From Actinomycetota bacterium (GTDB taxonomy: Bacteria; Actinomycetota; Actinomycetes; S36-B12), in contig JAQCEO010000003.1 in NCBI GenBank assembly GCA_027729805.1, positions 6,302 to 70,301 on the forward strand: a stretch of DNA of 64,000 bases, in the 5' to 3' direction. The position numbers were made by a program, and so were the translations under genes. Shown here in pieces: positions 52,239 to 62,295 of this stretch (position 1 is its first letter; every line of letters begins with the position of its first letter). The notes below the pieces were generated by a model. That model was not told the origin of the DNA and ran no database searches. It saw only the letters and a program-made list of their open reading frames with translations.

Positions 52239-52685
52239 CTTATTTAGTTCTGCAAGTTGTGCCTCTAGTTGGCTACGCATTTCGGTACGGATTCCTCGCG
52301 CCTGCCTGCGTGCCGAACCAATTATTTCGTCCGCGGTCGCCTGCGCAATTGCCAGTGCAGCGGCGCCATCACCGGTAAATTGCCCAATATCTGGTCGAGC
52401 AATCTCCACGGTGTCGTGCCGGATATCCTGCGGATTCGCGGTAGAGATCTTCGCCTTCGCCGCCGCCAACTCAAGTTCGGCGGCTCGCAGCCGTAATTGC
52501 AGTTGGTCGTACTGCGTCCGCAGAACCGCGGCCTCATCTCGGGACTTCAGCAAGTCCGCACTGAGTCTGCCGATATCTGACTCAACGATGTCAAGAAACG
52601 CGTCGACTTCATCAACGTCATATCCGGAACGCACCCTCGTGGTTGCAAATTGAGTTGCGCGCACTTCGGCGGGGGTCAAGGGCAT
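52218..52685 (-). CDS. divIVA: DivIVA-domain cell-division/polarity protein (short form)
   Basis: MPLTPAEVRATQFATTRVRSGYDVDEVDAFLDIVESDI N-terminal DivIVA domain followed by a coiled coil. The ATG at 52685 is preceded by AAGGAGG. The track start (GTG at 52691) lies inside that SD. Confidence 0.88.
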   Translation of the reverse strand: MPLTPAEVRATQFATTRVRSGYDVDEVDAFLDIVESDIGRLSADLLKSRDEAAVLRTQYDQLQLRLRAAELELAAAKAKISTANPQDIRHDTVEIARPDIGQFTGDGAAALAIAQATADEIIGSARRQARGIRTEMRSQLEAQLAELNKSDATDT

Positions 52686-52720
52686 CCGCACCTCCTTATC
52701 AGCGCACTAGAGGTGCACTC

Positions 52721-53005
52721 TTAGATCATCAGCGCAAAATTAATCAACACTTGGAGCAAGATTAAAATGACCAAGAAAGCCAGATCGAACTGAACCGCAC
52801 CAAGGCGAAGTGGCGGTATCACTCGTCGAAGGATGCGAAGTGGCGGGTCGGTGACCGTATAGATGGCCTCAGCCAGTAATAAAATTGGACCCCGTGGTCG
52901 CCATGATCGGGCGAATGATTGAACTAAGTCGAAAACTATCCGCACGATGAAAAGCAGCCAGTAGATCCAAAGTACCGTCGCAAGCAGCTGCCCGATGCCG
53001 CTCAT
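52721..53005 (-). CDS. yggT: YggT-family membrane protein
   Basis: 94 aa with two TM helices. Conserved position between sepF and divIVA. Confidence 0.85.
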   Translation of the reverse strand: MSGIGQLLATVLWIYWLLFIVRIVFDLVQSFARSWRPRGPILLLAEAIYTVTDPPLRILRRVIPPLRLGAVQFDLAFLVILILLQVLINFALMI

Positions 53006-53044
53006 TTTAAGACTCCCCTAATAATTTCTAACCCCAACTCAAGT

Positions 53045-53590
53045 CTAGCTTTGGTTGAAGAAACCATCCTGCGCTAACTGCTGGCGCGCTGCCTCTCCGA
53101 CATCCACATTTACCGGTGAGAGTAGAAAGACTTTGTTGGTCACCCGCTCGATGGCACCTCGTTGGCCAAATACCAGCCCGGCCGCAAAATCGATGATGCG
53201 CTTGGCGTCGCTGTCGTCAAGCTCCGAAAGATTCATGATGACCGGGACACCTTCGCGGTACTCCTCACCAATCCGGCGGGCATCGTTGTAACTCCGTGGA
53301 TGGATTGTCTCGATGCGACTAATGTCGGCCATCCCTGGCGCCGCCGGCCTGCGCGGAACGGGCTCATCGTCACCGCGGAAAGTTCGAACCGCGCGCGGCT
53401 GCGAAACCGAACGGACATTTCGGGGGGAGGTGCGATCGTCTGGGTAATCCCCATAGCCCTCACGGTCACCAGATCGGGTGTCGCGGGTTCGCACATCGCG
53501 GCGTACATCGTCATAGTCGTCATAATCCGCTACCTCGGGGTCCTCAACTAAACCTAGGTAGACGGCCATCTTGCGCATCCCGCCAGCCAC
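53045..53590 (-). CDS. sepF: Cell division protein SepF
   Basis: [15 protein letters not shown] membrane-targeting N-terminus, a disordered acidic/basic linker and a C-terminal SepF core ([12 protein letters not shown]...PVIMNL...RIIDFAAGL). The GTG at 53590 gives (M)[13 protein letters not shown]. The track start is 53602. Confidence 0.9.
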   Translation of the reverse strand: MAGGMRKMAVYLGLVEDPEVADYDDYDDVRRDVRTRDTRSGDREGYGDYPDDRTSPRNVRSVSQPRAVRTFRGDDEPVPRRPAAPGMADISRIETIHPRSYNDARRIGEEYREGVPVIMNLSELDDSDAKRIIDFAAGLVFGQRGAIERVTNKVFLLSPVNVDVGEAARQQLAQDGFFNQS

Positions 53591-53632
53591 GTCGTCCTCC
53601 ACATCATTTTTGCACTCTGTAACTCTTGGACC

Positions 53633-54337
53633 TTACGGCAGTGCGGGCCGGTTCCCCAGCACTGCGCCCCCAATGCGGACTTGTGTCGCGCCGTTGACGA
53701 TGGCAGCCTCTAGATCCCCACTCATCCCGGCCGAGATCTGGTCGGCCCACGGTGCGAGCCCTTGAATTGCCCGCGACACCTCGGCCAGCCTGTTGAAGGC
53801 TGCCGCCGGCTCCCCCTGCACGGGCGCCACGCCCATAACTCCGCACAGGTCGAGGTGCGAAAGCTCCAGCACCTTTTCGGCCAATGCCAAGGCCCCGGCT
53901 GGCCCGCAGCCCCCGCGGGCACTTTGGACCGGGATGTCTAGGGCAACTTGAACCAGCACGCACAGGCGTCGCCCGAGCCGTTCCGCCGCGCTATCGAGGG
54001 CTACCGCCAGCTCGAGGCGATCTACGGTCTGGACGACATCGGCCCACTTGAGCACCGAATTGACTTTATTGCGTTGGAGCTGGCCAACTAAGTGCCAGCT
54101 CACCGGCAGTTGAGCACATGCTGCCCACTTGGCCTTGGCTTCCTGATCGCGATTTTCACCAAAATCACGCACCCCCAAGGTGGCCAGCAGCTGCAAATCA
54201 CTTGCCGGGAAAGTCTTAGTCACCACGATCAAGCGCACCCCGGCCCGGTCCCGGCCGGCCGCCACACACGCCTGGTCAATTCGCGTATTCACCGCAGCGA
54301 GATTGCCAGCCAACTGCGCCTTGCGATCTAGGCTCAT
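53633..54337 (-). CDS. yggS: YggS-family pyridoxal-phosphate homeostasis protein
   Basis: 234 aa. VTKTFP PLP-lysine block, FGENR, and a GMS..L C-terminal block. dcw-cluster position. Confidence 0.88.
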   Translation of the reverse strand: MSLDRKAQLAGNLAAVNTRIDQACVAAGRDRAGVRLIVVTKTFPASDLQLLATLGVRDFGENRDQEAKAKWAACAQLPVSWHLVGQLQRNKVNSVLKWADVVQTVDRLELAVALDSAAERLGRRLCVLVQVALDIPVQSARGGCGPAGALALAEKVLELSHLDLCGVMGVAPVQGEPAAAFNRLAEVSRAIQGLAPWADQISAGMSGDLEAAIVNGATQVRIGGAVLGNRPALP

Positions 54338-55083
54338 AGTCGAACCAGCATCCCTTGACGACCGGTAAGGCCGTCACGGCGGTAGGAGAACAAACCGGTG
54401 GATTGGGCTGTGCAGCCCTCGAGTGTGGTCACTATTACCCCGGCTGCGGCCAACTCGGCGCGGACGCCGGCTCCGACATCAAGGCAGACGACTTTCGACT
54501 CCGGGCAGGCGGCAGCTGAAATCGCTTCCGGTAGGGCAGCTACCACTGCTGCCACCCGCTCTGGCGGCACCGGGTAGCAGTTAGCGCAGATCGATGGCCC
54601 GATCACCGCGTGCACCTGGTCCGCGCCGAGTATGTGCATTTGGGCCAGCGCCGCCGGCACCACCCCCGCGACTAGACCACGCCAGCCGCAGTGCACCGCA
54701 CCAATTACCGAGTTGGTGGGATCGGCAAGGACGATGGGCACACAGTCGGCCCCGAGTGTTACTAAACCCAGACCCGGGGTCGTGGTGACGAGTGCATCAA
54801 AACCGCCCGCACCTTGGGGCGGCGGCCCGCCTCGATCCACCACCGCCACCTTGGCTCCGTGCACACCTTCCATGATCACCAGACTAGCCAAGTCCAGACC
54901 AATGCTCTGGGCCGCAATCTGTTGATTCACTTTTACCGTCGGTGGTTCATCCCCGACGTAACTTGCCAGATTGAGTTCATCAAACGGGGGCCGGCTGTGA
55001 CCACCTAACCGACCGGTGGCCGCCCAGATTGCTGAGCGGCCACCGGGTGCCACCGAGCCGAATTGGCCTGTGACAATTTTCAT
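54334..55083 (-). CDS. pgeF: Laccase-domain / peptidoglycan editing factor PgeF (YfiH family)
   Basis: 249 aa. ADCVPIVL and HCGWRG blocks and a C-terminal CT....FSYRRDG block. Immediately downstream of ftsZ. Confidence 0.85.
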   Translation of the reverse strand: MKIVTGQFGSVAPGGRSAIWAATGRLGGHSRPPFDELNLASYVGDEPPTVKVNQQIAAQSIGLDLASLVIMEGVHGAKVAVVDRGGPPPQGAGGFDALVTTTPGLGLVTLGADCVPIVLADPTNSVIGAVHCGWRGLVAGVVPAALAQMHILGADQVHAVIGPSICANCYPVPPERVAAVVAALPEAISAAACPESKVVCLDVGAGVRAELAAAGVIVTTLEGCTAQSTGLFSYRRDGLTGRQGMLVRL

Positions 55084-55092
55084 TTGGTTCGG

Positions 55093-56223
55093 TTATTTCA
55101 GGAAGTCAGGCACATCTAGGCCGTCCTCGGCGTCGTCGAAGATGACGGTGCGCGGTTGCTGAACCGGCCGCGCCGGTGGTGACGTAACCACCGGTATCTC
55201 GCCGGTGACCTCCGGCATGGAACCGGTGTCGTCGGTGCGCCTGGTCGAGGCGGCAGTGCCCTTGCGGGCCGGCGGCTCCCCACCATCGAATCCTGCAGCG
55301 ATGACGGTAACGCGCACCTCATCGCCCAAGGTGTCGTCGATAACCGCACCGAAAATGATGTTGGCATCTGGATGCGCAGCATCACTGACCAACCGGGCGG
55401 CCTCATTGATTTCAAACAGGCCTAGATCACTACCACCGGAAATCGACAGCAGCACCCCGTGGGCGCCATCAATGCCGGCTTCCAGCAATGGGCTAGAGAT
55501 TGCCTTCTCGGCGGCTTCAACCGCCCGATCTTCACCGCGTGCCGAGCCGATACCCATGAGGGCCGAACCGGCTCCGTGCATGACGCTCTTGACATCTGCG
55601 AAGTCCAAATTGATCAAGCCCGGCGTGGTGATCAGATCGGTGATGCCAGACACACCTTGGAGTAAGACATGGTCTGCCTGCCGGAACGCATCGATCACGC
55701 TGATATTGCGATCGGAAAGCGACAGCAGTCGGTCGTTCGGAATAACGATTAAGGTGTCGACTTCAGAGCGCAAACTTTCTATTCCGGTTTCAGCCTGCGC
55801 CTGGCGGCGGCGACCTTCGAAACCAAATGGTCGCGTGACCACACCAATGGTGAGTGCGCCAAGGGACCGGGCCACCCGAGCCACAACCGGCGCGCCGCCA
55901 GTACCCGTCCCGCCGCCTTCACCGGCGGTCACGAAAACCATGTCGGAGCCTTTTAGCACCTCTTCAATTTCTTGGATGTGATCCTCGGCGGCCTTGTTGC
56001 CCACCACTGGATCAGCGCCAGCGCCCAGGCCTCGGGTCAACTCACGACCGATATCGAGTTTGACGTCCGCGTCGCTCATCAACAGCGCCTGCGCATCGGT
56101 ATTGATGGCAATGAACTCAACACCCTTGAGCCCGACCTCGATCATCCGGTTAACCGCGTTCACCCCGCCGCCGCCGATACCAACAACCTTTATCACTGCT
56201 AGGTAATTCTGTGGAGCCGCCAC
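55093..56223 (-). CDS. ftsZ: Cell division GTPase FtsZ
   Basis: 376 aa. [13 protein letters not shown], tubulin signature [13 protein letters not shown], and a C-terminal conserved peptide [17 protein letters not shown] start. Confidence 0.97.
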   Translation of the reverse strand: MAAPQNYLAVIKVVGIGGGGVNAVNRMIEVGLKGVEFIAINTDAQALLMSDADVKLDIGRELTRGLGAGADPVVGNKAAEDHIQEIEEVLKGSDMVFVTAGEGGGTGTGGAPVVARVARSLGALTIGVVTRPFGFEGRRRQAQAETGIESLRSEVDTLIVIPNDRLLSLSDRNISVIDAFRQADHVLLQGVSGITDLITTPGLINLDFADVKSVMHGAGSALMGIGSARGEDRAVEAAEKAISSPLLEAGIDGAHGVLLSISGGSDLGLFEINEAARLVSDAAHPDANIIFGAVIDDTLGDEVRVTVIAAGFDGGEPPARKGTAASTRRTDDTGSMPEVTGEIPVVTSPPARPVQQPRTVIFDDAEDGLDVPDFLK

Positions 56224-56433
56224 GGCGTCTCGTCCTTTCCGTCATGTTCAAGGCGGTTACCTCGAACGCTGCCTTCCCAAGCCAAAGTCTCAACCTCAAG
56301 TTCAAGGTGAGCTATCGGCCTGTTTACAACCGGCGGGAGGGTAGAGGGTGGGACGGGTGTTGCGCAAGGCGGGGGGGTGATTTCTTTTCGGCCACCCCTA
56401 AATAACAGGAAAACTCACCCCAAACCCCCAGAG

Positions 56434-57141
56434 TCAACCGGCCTTTTCCTGTTGCGTTGTTGGCAGTTCGGGGGCGGAAACGTCATAAAACTCAGCCCGT
56501 CGTTGCAGCAGGGCTGCCAGCACCTGGGCCTTTAGCTCGCCCTGCTCCGCACTCCCCCAGCGCACCTTGGCACCGGACTTCAAAACAAGTTCGACATCGT
56601 CTCGAGTACTCGCCGAAACCCCAACAACTTTGCCCCGTAGCTCATCGGGCAAGGACTGCCAGATGGACACGGCGGCGGTGAGTCCAACACCGTCGGCGTC
56701 GATGGCCGGCAAATCCTTAGCCAGTGGCAGCGGTGAATAAAAAGCGATGCCGCTGGCATCAACGCCCCGGCCGGTGCCAAGTTGGATGGCAATAGCCGCC
56801 CTCGGCTCAACCACCAATATAACTTCATTAGGCCAACCACGACGCACCTCGACGGCGCCAACCCACGTAAGGCCCAAGATCCGCGCGGTCGCGCCATCGG
56901 CATCGAGTTGAGCCAAGGGCGCCCCGAGAGGCACCGCGGCGGTTACCAAAACTGAAGCGGCTGGGCTCCCGGTGACCCCGATTACCCGAACATCACGAAC
57001 CGCGAAAACCGAGGAAAACCAAACCAGCCAAAGCACCGCGGTTGCAATGAGCGCCAACCCGACAGCCCACAACCCGCGCCGACTTCGACGCGGGCTTTTG
57101 GCACGGCCCTGGTTAGCTAATGGGATTACCGGAGCGCTCAC
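56434..57141 (-). CDS. ftsQ: Cell division protein FtsQ/DivIB
   Basis: Basic N-terminus, a single TM helix (LWAVGLALIATAVLWLVWF) and a POTRA domain (FAVRDVRVIGV). The GTG at 57141 forms a GTGA overlap with the murC stop. The track start at 57264 overlaps murC by 127 nt. Confidence 0.85.
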   Translation of the reverse strand: MSAPVIPLANQGRAKSPRRSRRGLWAVGLALIATAVLWLVWFSSVFAVRDVRVIGVTGSPAASVLVTAAVPLGAPLAQLDADGATARILGLTWVGAVEVRRGWPNEVILVVEPRAAIAIQLGTGRGVDASGIAFYSPLPLAKDLPAIDADGVGLTAAVSIWQSLPDELRGKVVGVSASTRDDVELVLKSGAKVRWGSAEQGELKAQVLAALLQRRAEFYDVSAPELPTTQQEKAG

Positions 57142-58541
57142 TTTCGCTCCCGCAAGATGTCCAAGATCTCCAGTCCGATCAGCCCGATATCCCCGGCGCC
57201 CAAAGTCATGACAATGTCGCCCGGCCTGGCCCGATCGGCTAGTCGTCCAGCCACCGCGGACCATGATGGTTCAAAAATCACATGCGCTGGATCCAGCGGC
57301 ACCTGTGCTGCCATCGCCAGGCCGCTGATCCCCGGGATCGGGGTTTCACCCGGCGCGAAAACTTCAAGTACAACAACGTCATCGGCTAAGCCCAGTGCCG
57401 CACCAAACTCCTTGAGGTACATAGCCGTGCGGTAGTAGTGGTGGGCTTGAAAGGCCACAATGAGCCGGCCCGAGCCAGCAACATCGCGAGCGGCGGTCAA
57501 GGTTGCCGCGATTTCCGTTGGATGATGGGCATAGTCATCAAAAACCCTGACCCCACCGATTTCACCCTTGAAATCGAATCGGCGCCGGGTGCCGCTGAAC
57601 CCGCCGAGGCCCACCTGGACTAATTGCGGGTCAAAGCCTAAGCCAATCGCGGTGACAAATGCAGCCGTCGCATTTAGTGCATTATGTTTGCCCGGTACCT
57701 GCAATCCGATCCTGCCAATGACATCTTGGGCATATTCGATCTTGAAGTGCCAACCTCGATCAACCAACATCGCATCGACCAACCGGTAGTCGGCTGTCGC
57801 CGACTCCCCATAGGTGCGCACGTCAACACCCATGGCCCGAGCCTGCTCAGCTAACCGAGCACCCCCTGCGTCATCGATACACACGACGATAAATCCAAAG
57901 CGGGTGCTCACCTGCAAGGCAAAATCAACGAAGGCTTCCTCAATGGCCTCGAAGTTGCCCCAATAGTTCAAGTGGTCGGCTTCGACGTTCGTGACAATGG
58001 CCGCCGTTGGGCCAAGTTTTAGAAAGGTTCCGTCGCTCTCGTCGGCCTCAACCACGAAAATATCGCCACTGCCTAGATGGGCATTGGATCCGGACTCATT
58101 TAGCTCACTTCCGATCGCAAATGATGGATCGGCGCCACAGTGCTGGAGGGCAACGGTCAGCATCGAGGTGGTCGTGGTCTTGCCATGTGCTCCTGATACC
58201 GCAACAGTTCGGCTCCCCCGCATGACAAACGCCAGCGCATCAGCACGCGTGAGAACTCGGATGCCATTTGCTTCAGCGGCCACCCGCTCGGGGTTCTCGG
58301 GGGGAATCGCCGTCGAATACACCAAGGTATCCACCCCAGCGACCAAGCCCGCATCATGGCCTACGTGGGTCTTGACACCAATGGCTTGAAGCGCATGCAT
58401 GCGCCTGGAATCCTTGGCATCGCTGCCGGATACCTGCACCCCTTGCGCCACCATGATGCGCGCGATGCCCGACATGCCGGCACCACCAATCCCAACTATG
58501 TGTACCCGGCCAAGATCGGTTGAACTCCGTGCTGCCGTCAT
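57138..58541 (-). CDS. murC: UDP-N-acetylmuramate--L-alanine ligase
   Basis: 467 aa. VHIVGIGGAGMSGIARIM Rossmann-like N-terminus, GAHGKTTTTSM P-loop. Confidence 0.95.
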   Translation of the reverse strand: MTAARSSTDLGRVHIVGIGGAGMSGIARIMVAQGVQVSGSDAKDSRRMHALQAIGVKTHVGHDAGLVAGVDTLVYSTAIPPENPERVAAEANGIRVLTRADALAFVMRGSRTVAVSGAHGKTTTTSMLTVALQHCGADPSFAIGSELNESGSNAHLGSGDIFVVEADESDGTFLKLGPTAAIVTNVEADHLNYWGNFEAIEEAFVDFALQVSTRFGFIVVCIDDAGGARLAEQARAMGVDVRTYGESATADYRLVDAMLVDRGWHFKIEYAQDVIGRIGLQVPGKHNALNATAAFVTAIGLGFDPQLVQVGLGGFSGTRRRFDFKGEIGGVRVFDDYAHHPTEIAATLTAARDVAGSGRLIVAFQAHHYYRTAMYLKEFGAALGLADDVVVLEVFAPGETPIPGISGLAMAAQVPLDPAHVIFEPSWSAVAGRLADRARPGDIVMTLGAGDIGLIGLEILDILRERK

Positions 58542-59635
58542 CTGCCGACCCCTAAGTGTGTGATGGCTACTCTGGCAATGACTTCAGCGAATTGTCGCCC
58601 GGCATCCCGGTCACCCAAACCCGCCGCGGCAGCACCCATCGCCGCTAACTTCTCGCGATCGTGTATTAGCGGTGGCACCGCTTCGTTCAGCCACTCCGCG
58701 GTGCAAACATCGTCGGCAACATAAAGCCCACCCCCTGCTTCGACAATCGGCAAGGCATTGAGCCGCTGCTCGCCATTACCTATCGGTAGCGGCACATAGA
58801 TAGCCGGCAGACCAACAGCTGATAACTCAGCACAGGTCATCGCACCCGCGCGAGTAATGGCTAGATCAGCGGCCGCATAAGCCAGATCCATCTGTTCAAT
58901 ATAAGCAAGTGGAACGTACCCGGGTTGGCTCGCGGGCGCCGGATTCTTTGAGCCGTACGAGTGCAGTACCGAAATCCCGGCACTTAGTAAGCCCGGCAAA
59001 GCGCCGGCCACCGCAGCATTTAGCCGCTGGGCCCCCTGAGATCCACCGAAGACTAAGAGCACCGGTTGATCACCGGGTAGGCCAAAGTTCGCCAGTGCCG
59101 CAGGCCTTACGGCACTTCGGTCGAGGCGCGCAATGGCAGGACGCAGTGGCAGGCCCATTAATTTGCCCCCTGCTATCGAACCGGGCACAAGGACGTAAAT
59201 AAGTGGGGTGAACCGCGCGGCTACCCGATTGGCCAAGCCAGCTCGCGCATTAGCTTCATGGATGACCACCGGTATTCGAAGTTCACGAGCCGCTAGATAA
59301 GTCGGGAGCGCCGCATAACCACCAAACCCCACAACAACGTCGGCCTGCAACTCACGCAGCCGTGCCCTGGCTAATTTCTTCGCCGCCCGCTGACGTGGCC
59401 AAACCAGCAAGAGATCCAAGGTCGGCTGCCGGGGCATCGGGACCGATGGCACACTTCGCAATTGGTACCCGCGGACAGGCACCAAGGTGGACTCAAGACC
59501 GCGGTCCCCGCCGATCACGCAGATGCGCGTATTTGGGTCAAGTGCAATAAGTTCATCGGCAAGATTAAGTGCCGGTTCTATATGCCCGGCGGTGCCACCG
59601 GCGGCGAGCACGACACTAAGTGGGCGCGCAGACAC
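58538..59635 (-). CDS. murG: Undecaprenyldiphospho-muramoylpentapeptide beta-N-acetylglucosaminyltransferase
   Basis: 365 aa. AAGGTAGHIEPAL N-terminus, GGSQGA block. dcw position. Confidence 0.95.
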   Translation of the reverse strand: MSARPLSVVLAAGGTAGHIEPALNLADELIALDPNTRICVIGGDRGLESTLVPVRGYQLRSVPSVPMPRQPTLDLLLVWPRQRAAKKLARARLRELQADVVVGFGGYAALPTYLAARELRIPVVIHEANARAGLANRVAARFTPLIYVLVPGSIAGGKLMGLPLRPAIARLDRSAVRPAALANFGLPGDQPVLLVFGGSQGAQRLNAAVAGALPGLLSAGISVLHSYGSKNPAPASQPGYVPLAYIEQMDLAYAAADLAITRAGAMTCAELSAVGLPAIYVPLPIGNGEQRLNALPIVEAGGGLYVADDVCTAEWLNEAVPPLIHDREKLAAMGAAAAGLGDRDAGRQFAEVIARVAITHLGVGR

Positions 59636-59638
59636 TTA

Positions 59639-60856
59639 TTACCTTCGTCGCAGTGACATTGCCGTCGACTTGCGACGCAGTGCGGTTCTGGCTGCCGGTT
59701 CTTGCCGCGCGAAGGCTAGAAGCATCCCGATGGCTACCAACATTGGCAGCAGTGAGGATCCGCCGTACGAAACAAGTGGTAGCGGGACACCGGTGATCGG
59801 CAGCAGGCCAAGAACCGAACCGATATTCAAAACCGCCTGAACTAAAATCCAGGAGCCGACCCCCGCGGCCGCCGCCCGCACAAATGAGTCGCTGGTCGTT
59901 CTGCTAAGTCGGAAGATCGCAAATGCCAAAATCACGAACAGGCCGAGAACAGCAAAGGTGCCGACCAGTCCAAGTTCTTCACCGATTACGGGGAAAATAA
60001 AGTCGGTATGGGCCTCGGGCAAGGACCCCCACTTCTCGCGACTTGCCCCTAGTCCCACACCCCAAAACCCGCCGGTACCCAATGCGTACTGGCCTTGGGT
60101 CACCTGCCAGTCCACACCCAAGCGATCATTGCCTGGATTGAGCCAAGAAGTGAATCGATCCATCCGATAAGGCGCGGTGATAGTGAGCAGCCACATACTT
60201 ACTGCCCCTAGGACAGTGAAGATCGCAAACAGCCGCATCGGCGCGCCGATGGCAAATAGCATCCCGGAGGTTATCGCCGCCAGCACGAACGCATTACCGA
60301 AGTCACCTTCCAAAAGAACCAAAATCATCATCAGTCCGGCTACCGGTAGCAGGGGCACCAAGAGATGCTTCCAGTTATTGAGCAGTCGACCCTTGCGCGT
60401 GAGTAGGTCGGCACCCCAAACGATAAGCGCGAACTTAGCGAATTCACTCGGCTGTAATCTAAATGGCCCGAATAACTCAATCCAGTTGCGCTGACCGGCT
60501 ACCTCGACACCAACGATTAGGACCGCGATCAGCAACGCCAGCGACCCGGCGAACAGGTACCAAGAAATGGCCCGCCAAAATTGGGTGGAGGTGCGCGCCG
60601 CAAAGATCATCCCGATCACCCCGATCACAGCGAACATCGCCTGCCGCTGCGCAAAGGTGTATGCCGAGCCAAATACCCGATAACTTTCAATACTTGAGGC
60701 CGACAAAACCATGACCAAGCCTAGGATGAGCAGTAATAACGAGGCGCCAATCAACAAGTAACAGGTACTTAGTGGGTGGTCAAGTATTAATTTGATCTGA
60801 CCAGACAACCGCCGAGTTTCGGTGGCCGGCGCCCGACCATTATCAACGGCGGTCAC
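59639..60856 (-). CDS. ftsW: FtsW/SEDS-family peptidoglycan glycosyltransferase
   Basis: 405 aa with about 10 TM helices. Blocks QPSEFAK, PEAHTDFIF and LPITGVPLPLVSYGGSS. Confidence 0.93.
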   Translation of the reverse strand: MTAVDNGRAPATETRRLSGQIKLILDHPLSTCYLLIGASLLLLILGLVMVLSASSIESYRVFGSAYTFAQRQAMFAVIGVIGMIFAARTSTQFWRAISWYLFAGSLALLIAVLIVGVEVAGQRNWIELFGPFRLQPSEFAKFALIVWGADLLTRKGRLLNNWKHLLVPLLPVAGLMMILVLLEGDFGNAFVLAAITSGMLFAIGAPMRLFAIFTVLGAVSMWLLTITAPYRMDRFTSWLNPGNDRLGVDWQVTQGQYALGTGGFWGVGLGASREKWGSLPEAHTDFIFPVIGEELGLVGTFAVLGLFVILAFAIFRLSRTTSDSFVRAAAAGVGSWILVQAVLNIGSVLGLLPITGVPLPLVSYGGSSLLPMLVAIGMLLAFARQEPAARTALRRKSTAMSLRRR

Positions 60857-62295
60857 ACCCCATCACCTGATCTAGTTGCCGCAAATTCGCGTACCGCATC
60901 AGCAAAAGTCGTACCTCGATGTCCGTAATCGGTGAACATGTCCCAGGAGGCACAGCCCGGGGCTAGCAGCACGGTGTCACCCGGTTTCGCGAAACCCATG
61001 GCCGCCTCGACGACCTCTCGCATGACACCAGTGTCGGTCCGATCCATGCTCAAGACCGGGACATCCGGGGCGTGTCGGGACACCGATTCGGCGATCACCG
61101 CCTGATCCACCCCGATGACAATTACGGCGCGCAAATGTGCGCGCACCTGCCGGACTAAGTCATCGAAGTCCTGACCCTTGGCCATCCCACCAGCTAGCCA
61201 AACAACCCGCGGATACGCTAGGAGCGAGGTCTGGGCCGCATGGGTATTGGTGGCTTTGGAGTCATCCACAAAGTTGACCCCCGCTACCGTCGCCACCTGG
61301 GCAATGCGGTGGGCCGCGGGCTCGAAAGCCCGAAGGCCCGCCGAGATAGCCGGCGCCCGCACTTCGAAGGCTCTAGCTAAAGCGGCGGCGGCTAGCGCAT
61401 TGGCCACATTATGTGGAGCATTTGGTTGCACCTCACTTGCGAGCGCCAACTCCTGGGCCGCATCTTGACGATTTTCGATAAATGCTCGGTCGACCAAAGC
61501 CCCGTCCACCACACCGAGCATTGATAGTCCCGGCACCCCGAGGGTGAAGCCAATAGCACGGCACCCCGCAACCACATCCGCGTCTTCCACTAAGACTCGA
61601 GTGGCTTCGTCATCGGCGTTGTAAACGGCGGCTACCTGCGTACGCTCAAAAATCTTAGCTTTGGCCGCCACATAAGCCGCTTTAGATCCAAAATGATCGA
61701 GGTGATCATCGGCAATGTTTAAGCACACTGCCGAATGCGGACTAATTGTGTGTACGAAGGGCAATTGTGGGGCCCCCACCTCTACCGCGATCACCTCATA
61801 GGAGTCATGCATCACTACGTCAACGAGGCTGGTGCCTATATTGCCCGCCGACACCGCATTTAAACCACCTGCCCGAAGCATCGACTCCAACATCATGGTC
61901 GCGGTCGTTTTACCGTTGGTGCCCGTGATGACCAGCCACGGCGCCGGCGCGATGGTTGGCCGCAGCCGCCAAGCAAGTTCCAATTCGCCCCAAACTGGGA
62001 TGCCCGTCGCGATAGCACCGGTAATTAGTTGATTCGATGGTCGAAGGCCCGGCGAAACAACCAATAGGTCACAACTTGGCACCTCGCCTGTGTAACCCAG
62101 AAGTACCTCTGCCTCAAGGGTACGCAAGATTTCGGCGCGCTCTTGCTGCTTAGGCCCCGCGCCATTATCGACAACACTCACCCGTGCACCCAATTGCATC
62201 AACGCATCTGCGCATGCATATCCGGCGACACCGATACCAGCGACAACCACGTGATACTTCGACCAGTCGGACTCTCGCCCCAATTTCGTGATCAT
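60853..62295 (-). CDS. murD: UDP-N-acetylmuramoylalanine--D-glutamate ligase
   Basis: VVVAGIGVAGYA N-terminus, GTNGKTTATMM P-loop. The ATG at 62295 forms an ATGA overlap with the mraY stop. The track start at 62343 overlaps mraY. Confidence 0.94.
   Translation of the reverse strand: MITKLGRESDWSKYHVVVAGIGVAGYACADALMQLGARVSVVDNGAGPKQQERAEILRTLEAEVLLGYTGEVPSCDLLVVSPGLRPSNQLITGAIATGIPVWGELELAWRLRPTIAPAPWLVITGTNGKTTATMMLESMLRAGGLNAVSAGNIGTSLVDVVMHDSYEVIAVEVGAPQLPFVHTISPHSAVCLNIADDHLDHFGSKAAYVAAKAKIFERTQVAAVYNADDEATRVLVEDADVVAGCRAIGFTLGVPGLSMLGVVDGALVDRAFIENRQDAAQELALASEVQPNAPHNVANALAAAALARAFEVRAPAISAGLRAFEPAAHRIAQVATVAGVNFVDDSKATNTHAAQTSLLAYPRVVWLAGGMAKGQDFDDLVRQVRAHLRAVIVIGVDQAVIAESVSRHAPDVPVLSMDRTDTGVMREVVEAAMGFAKPGDTVLLAPGCASWDMFTDYGHRGTTFADAVREFAATRSGDGV

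Noticed and set aside
55205-55981. 258-aa plus-strand ORF antisense to ftsZ.
   Set aside because: It is fully contained in the antisense frame of ftsZ. Its composition (S/A/P/R rich) and lack of any motif indicate a stop-poor frame in GC-rich DNA rather than a gene.
56211-56405. 64-aa plus-strand ORF filling the ftsQ-ftsZ spacer.
   Set aside because: It begins inside ftsZ antisense sequence, has no SD, and is oriented against the whole operon. The translation has no features. The spacer is more simply the ftsZ promoter region.
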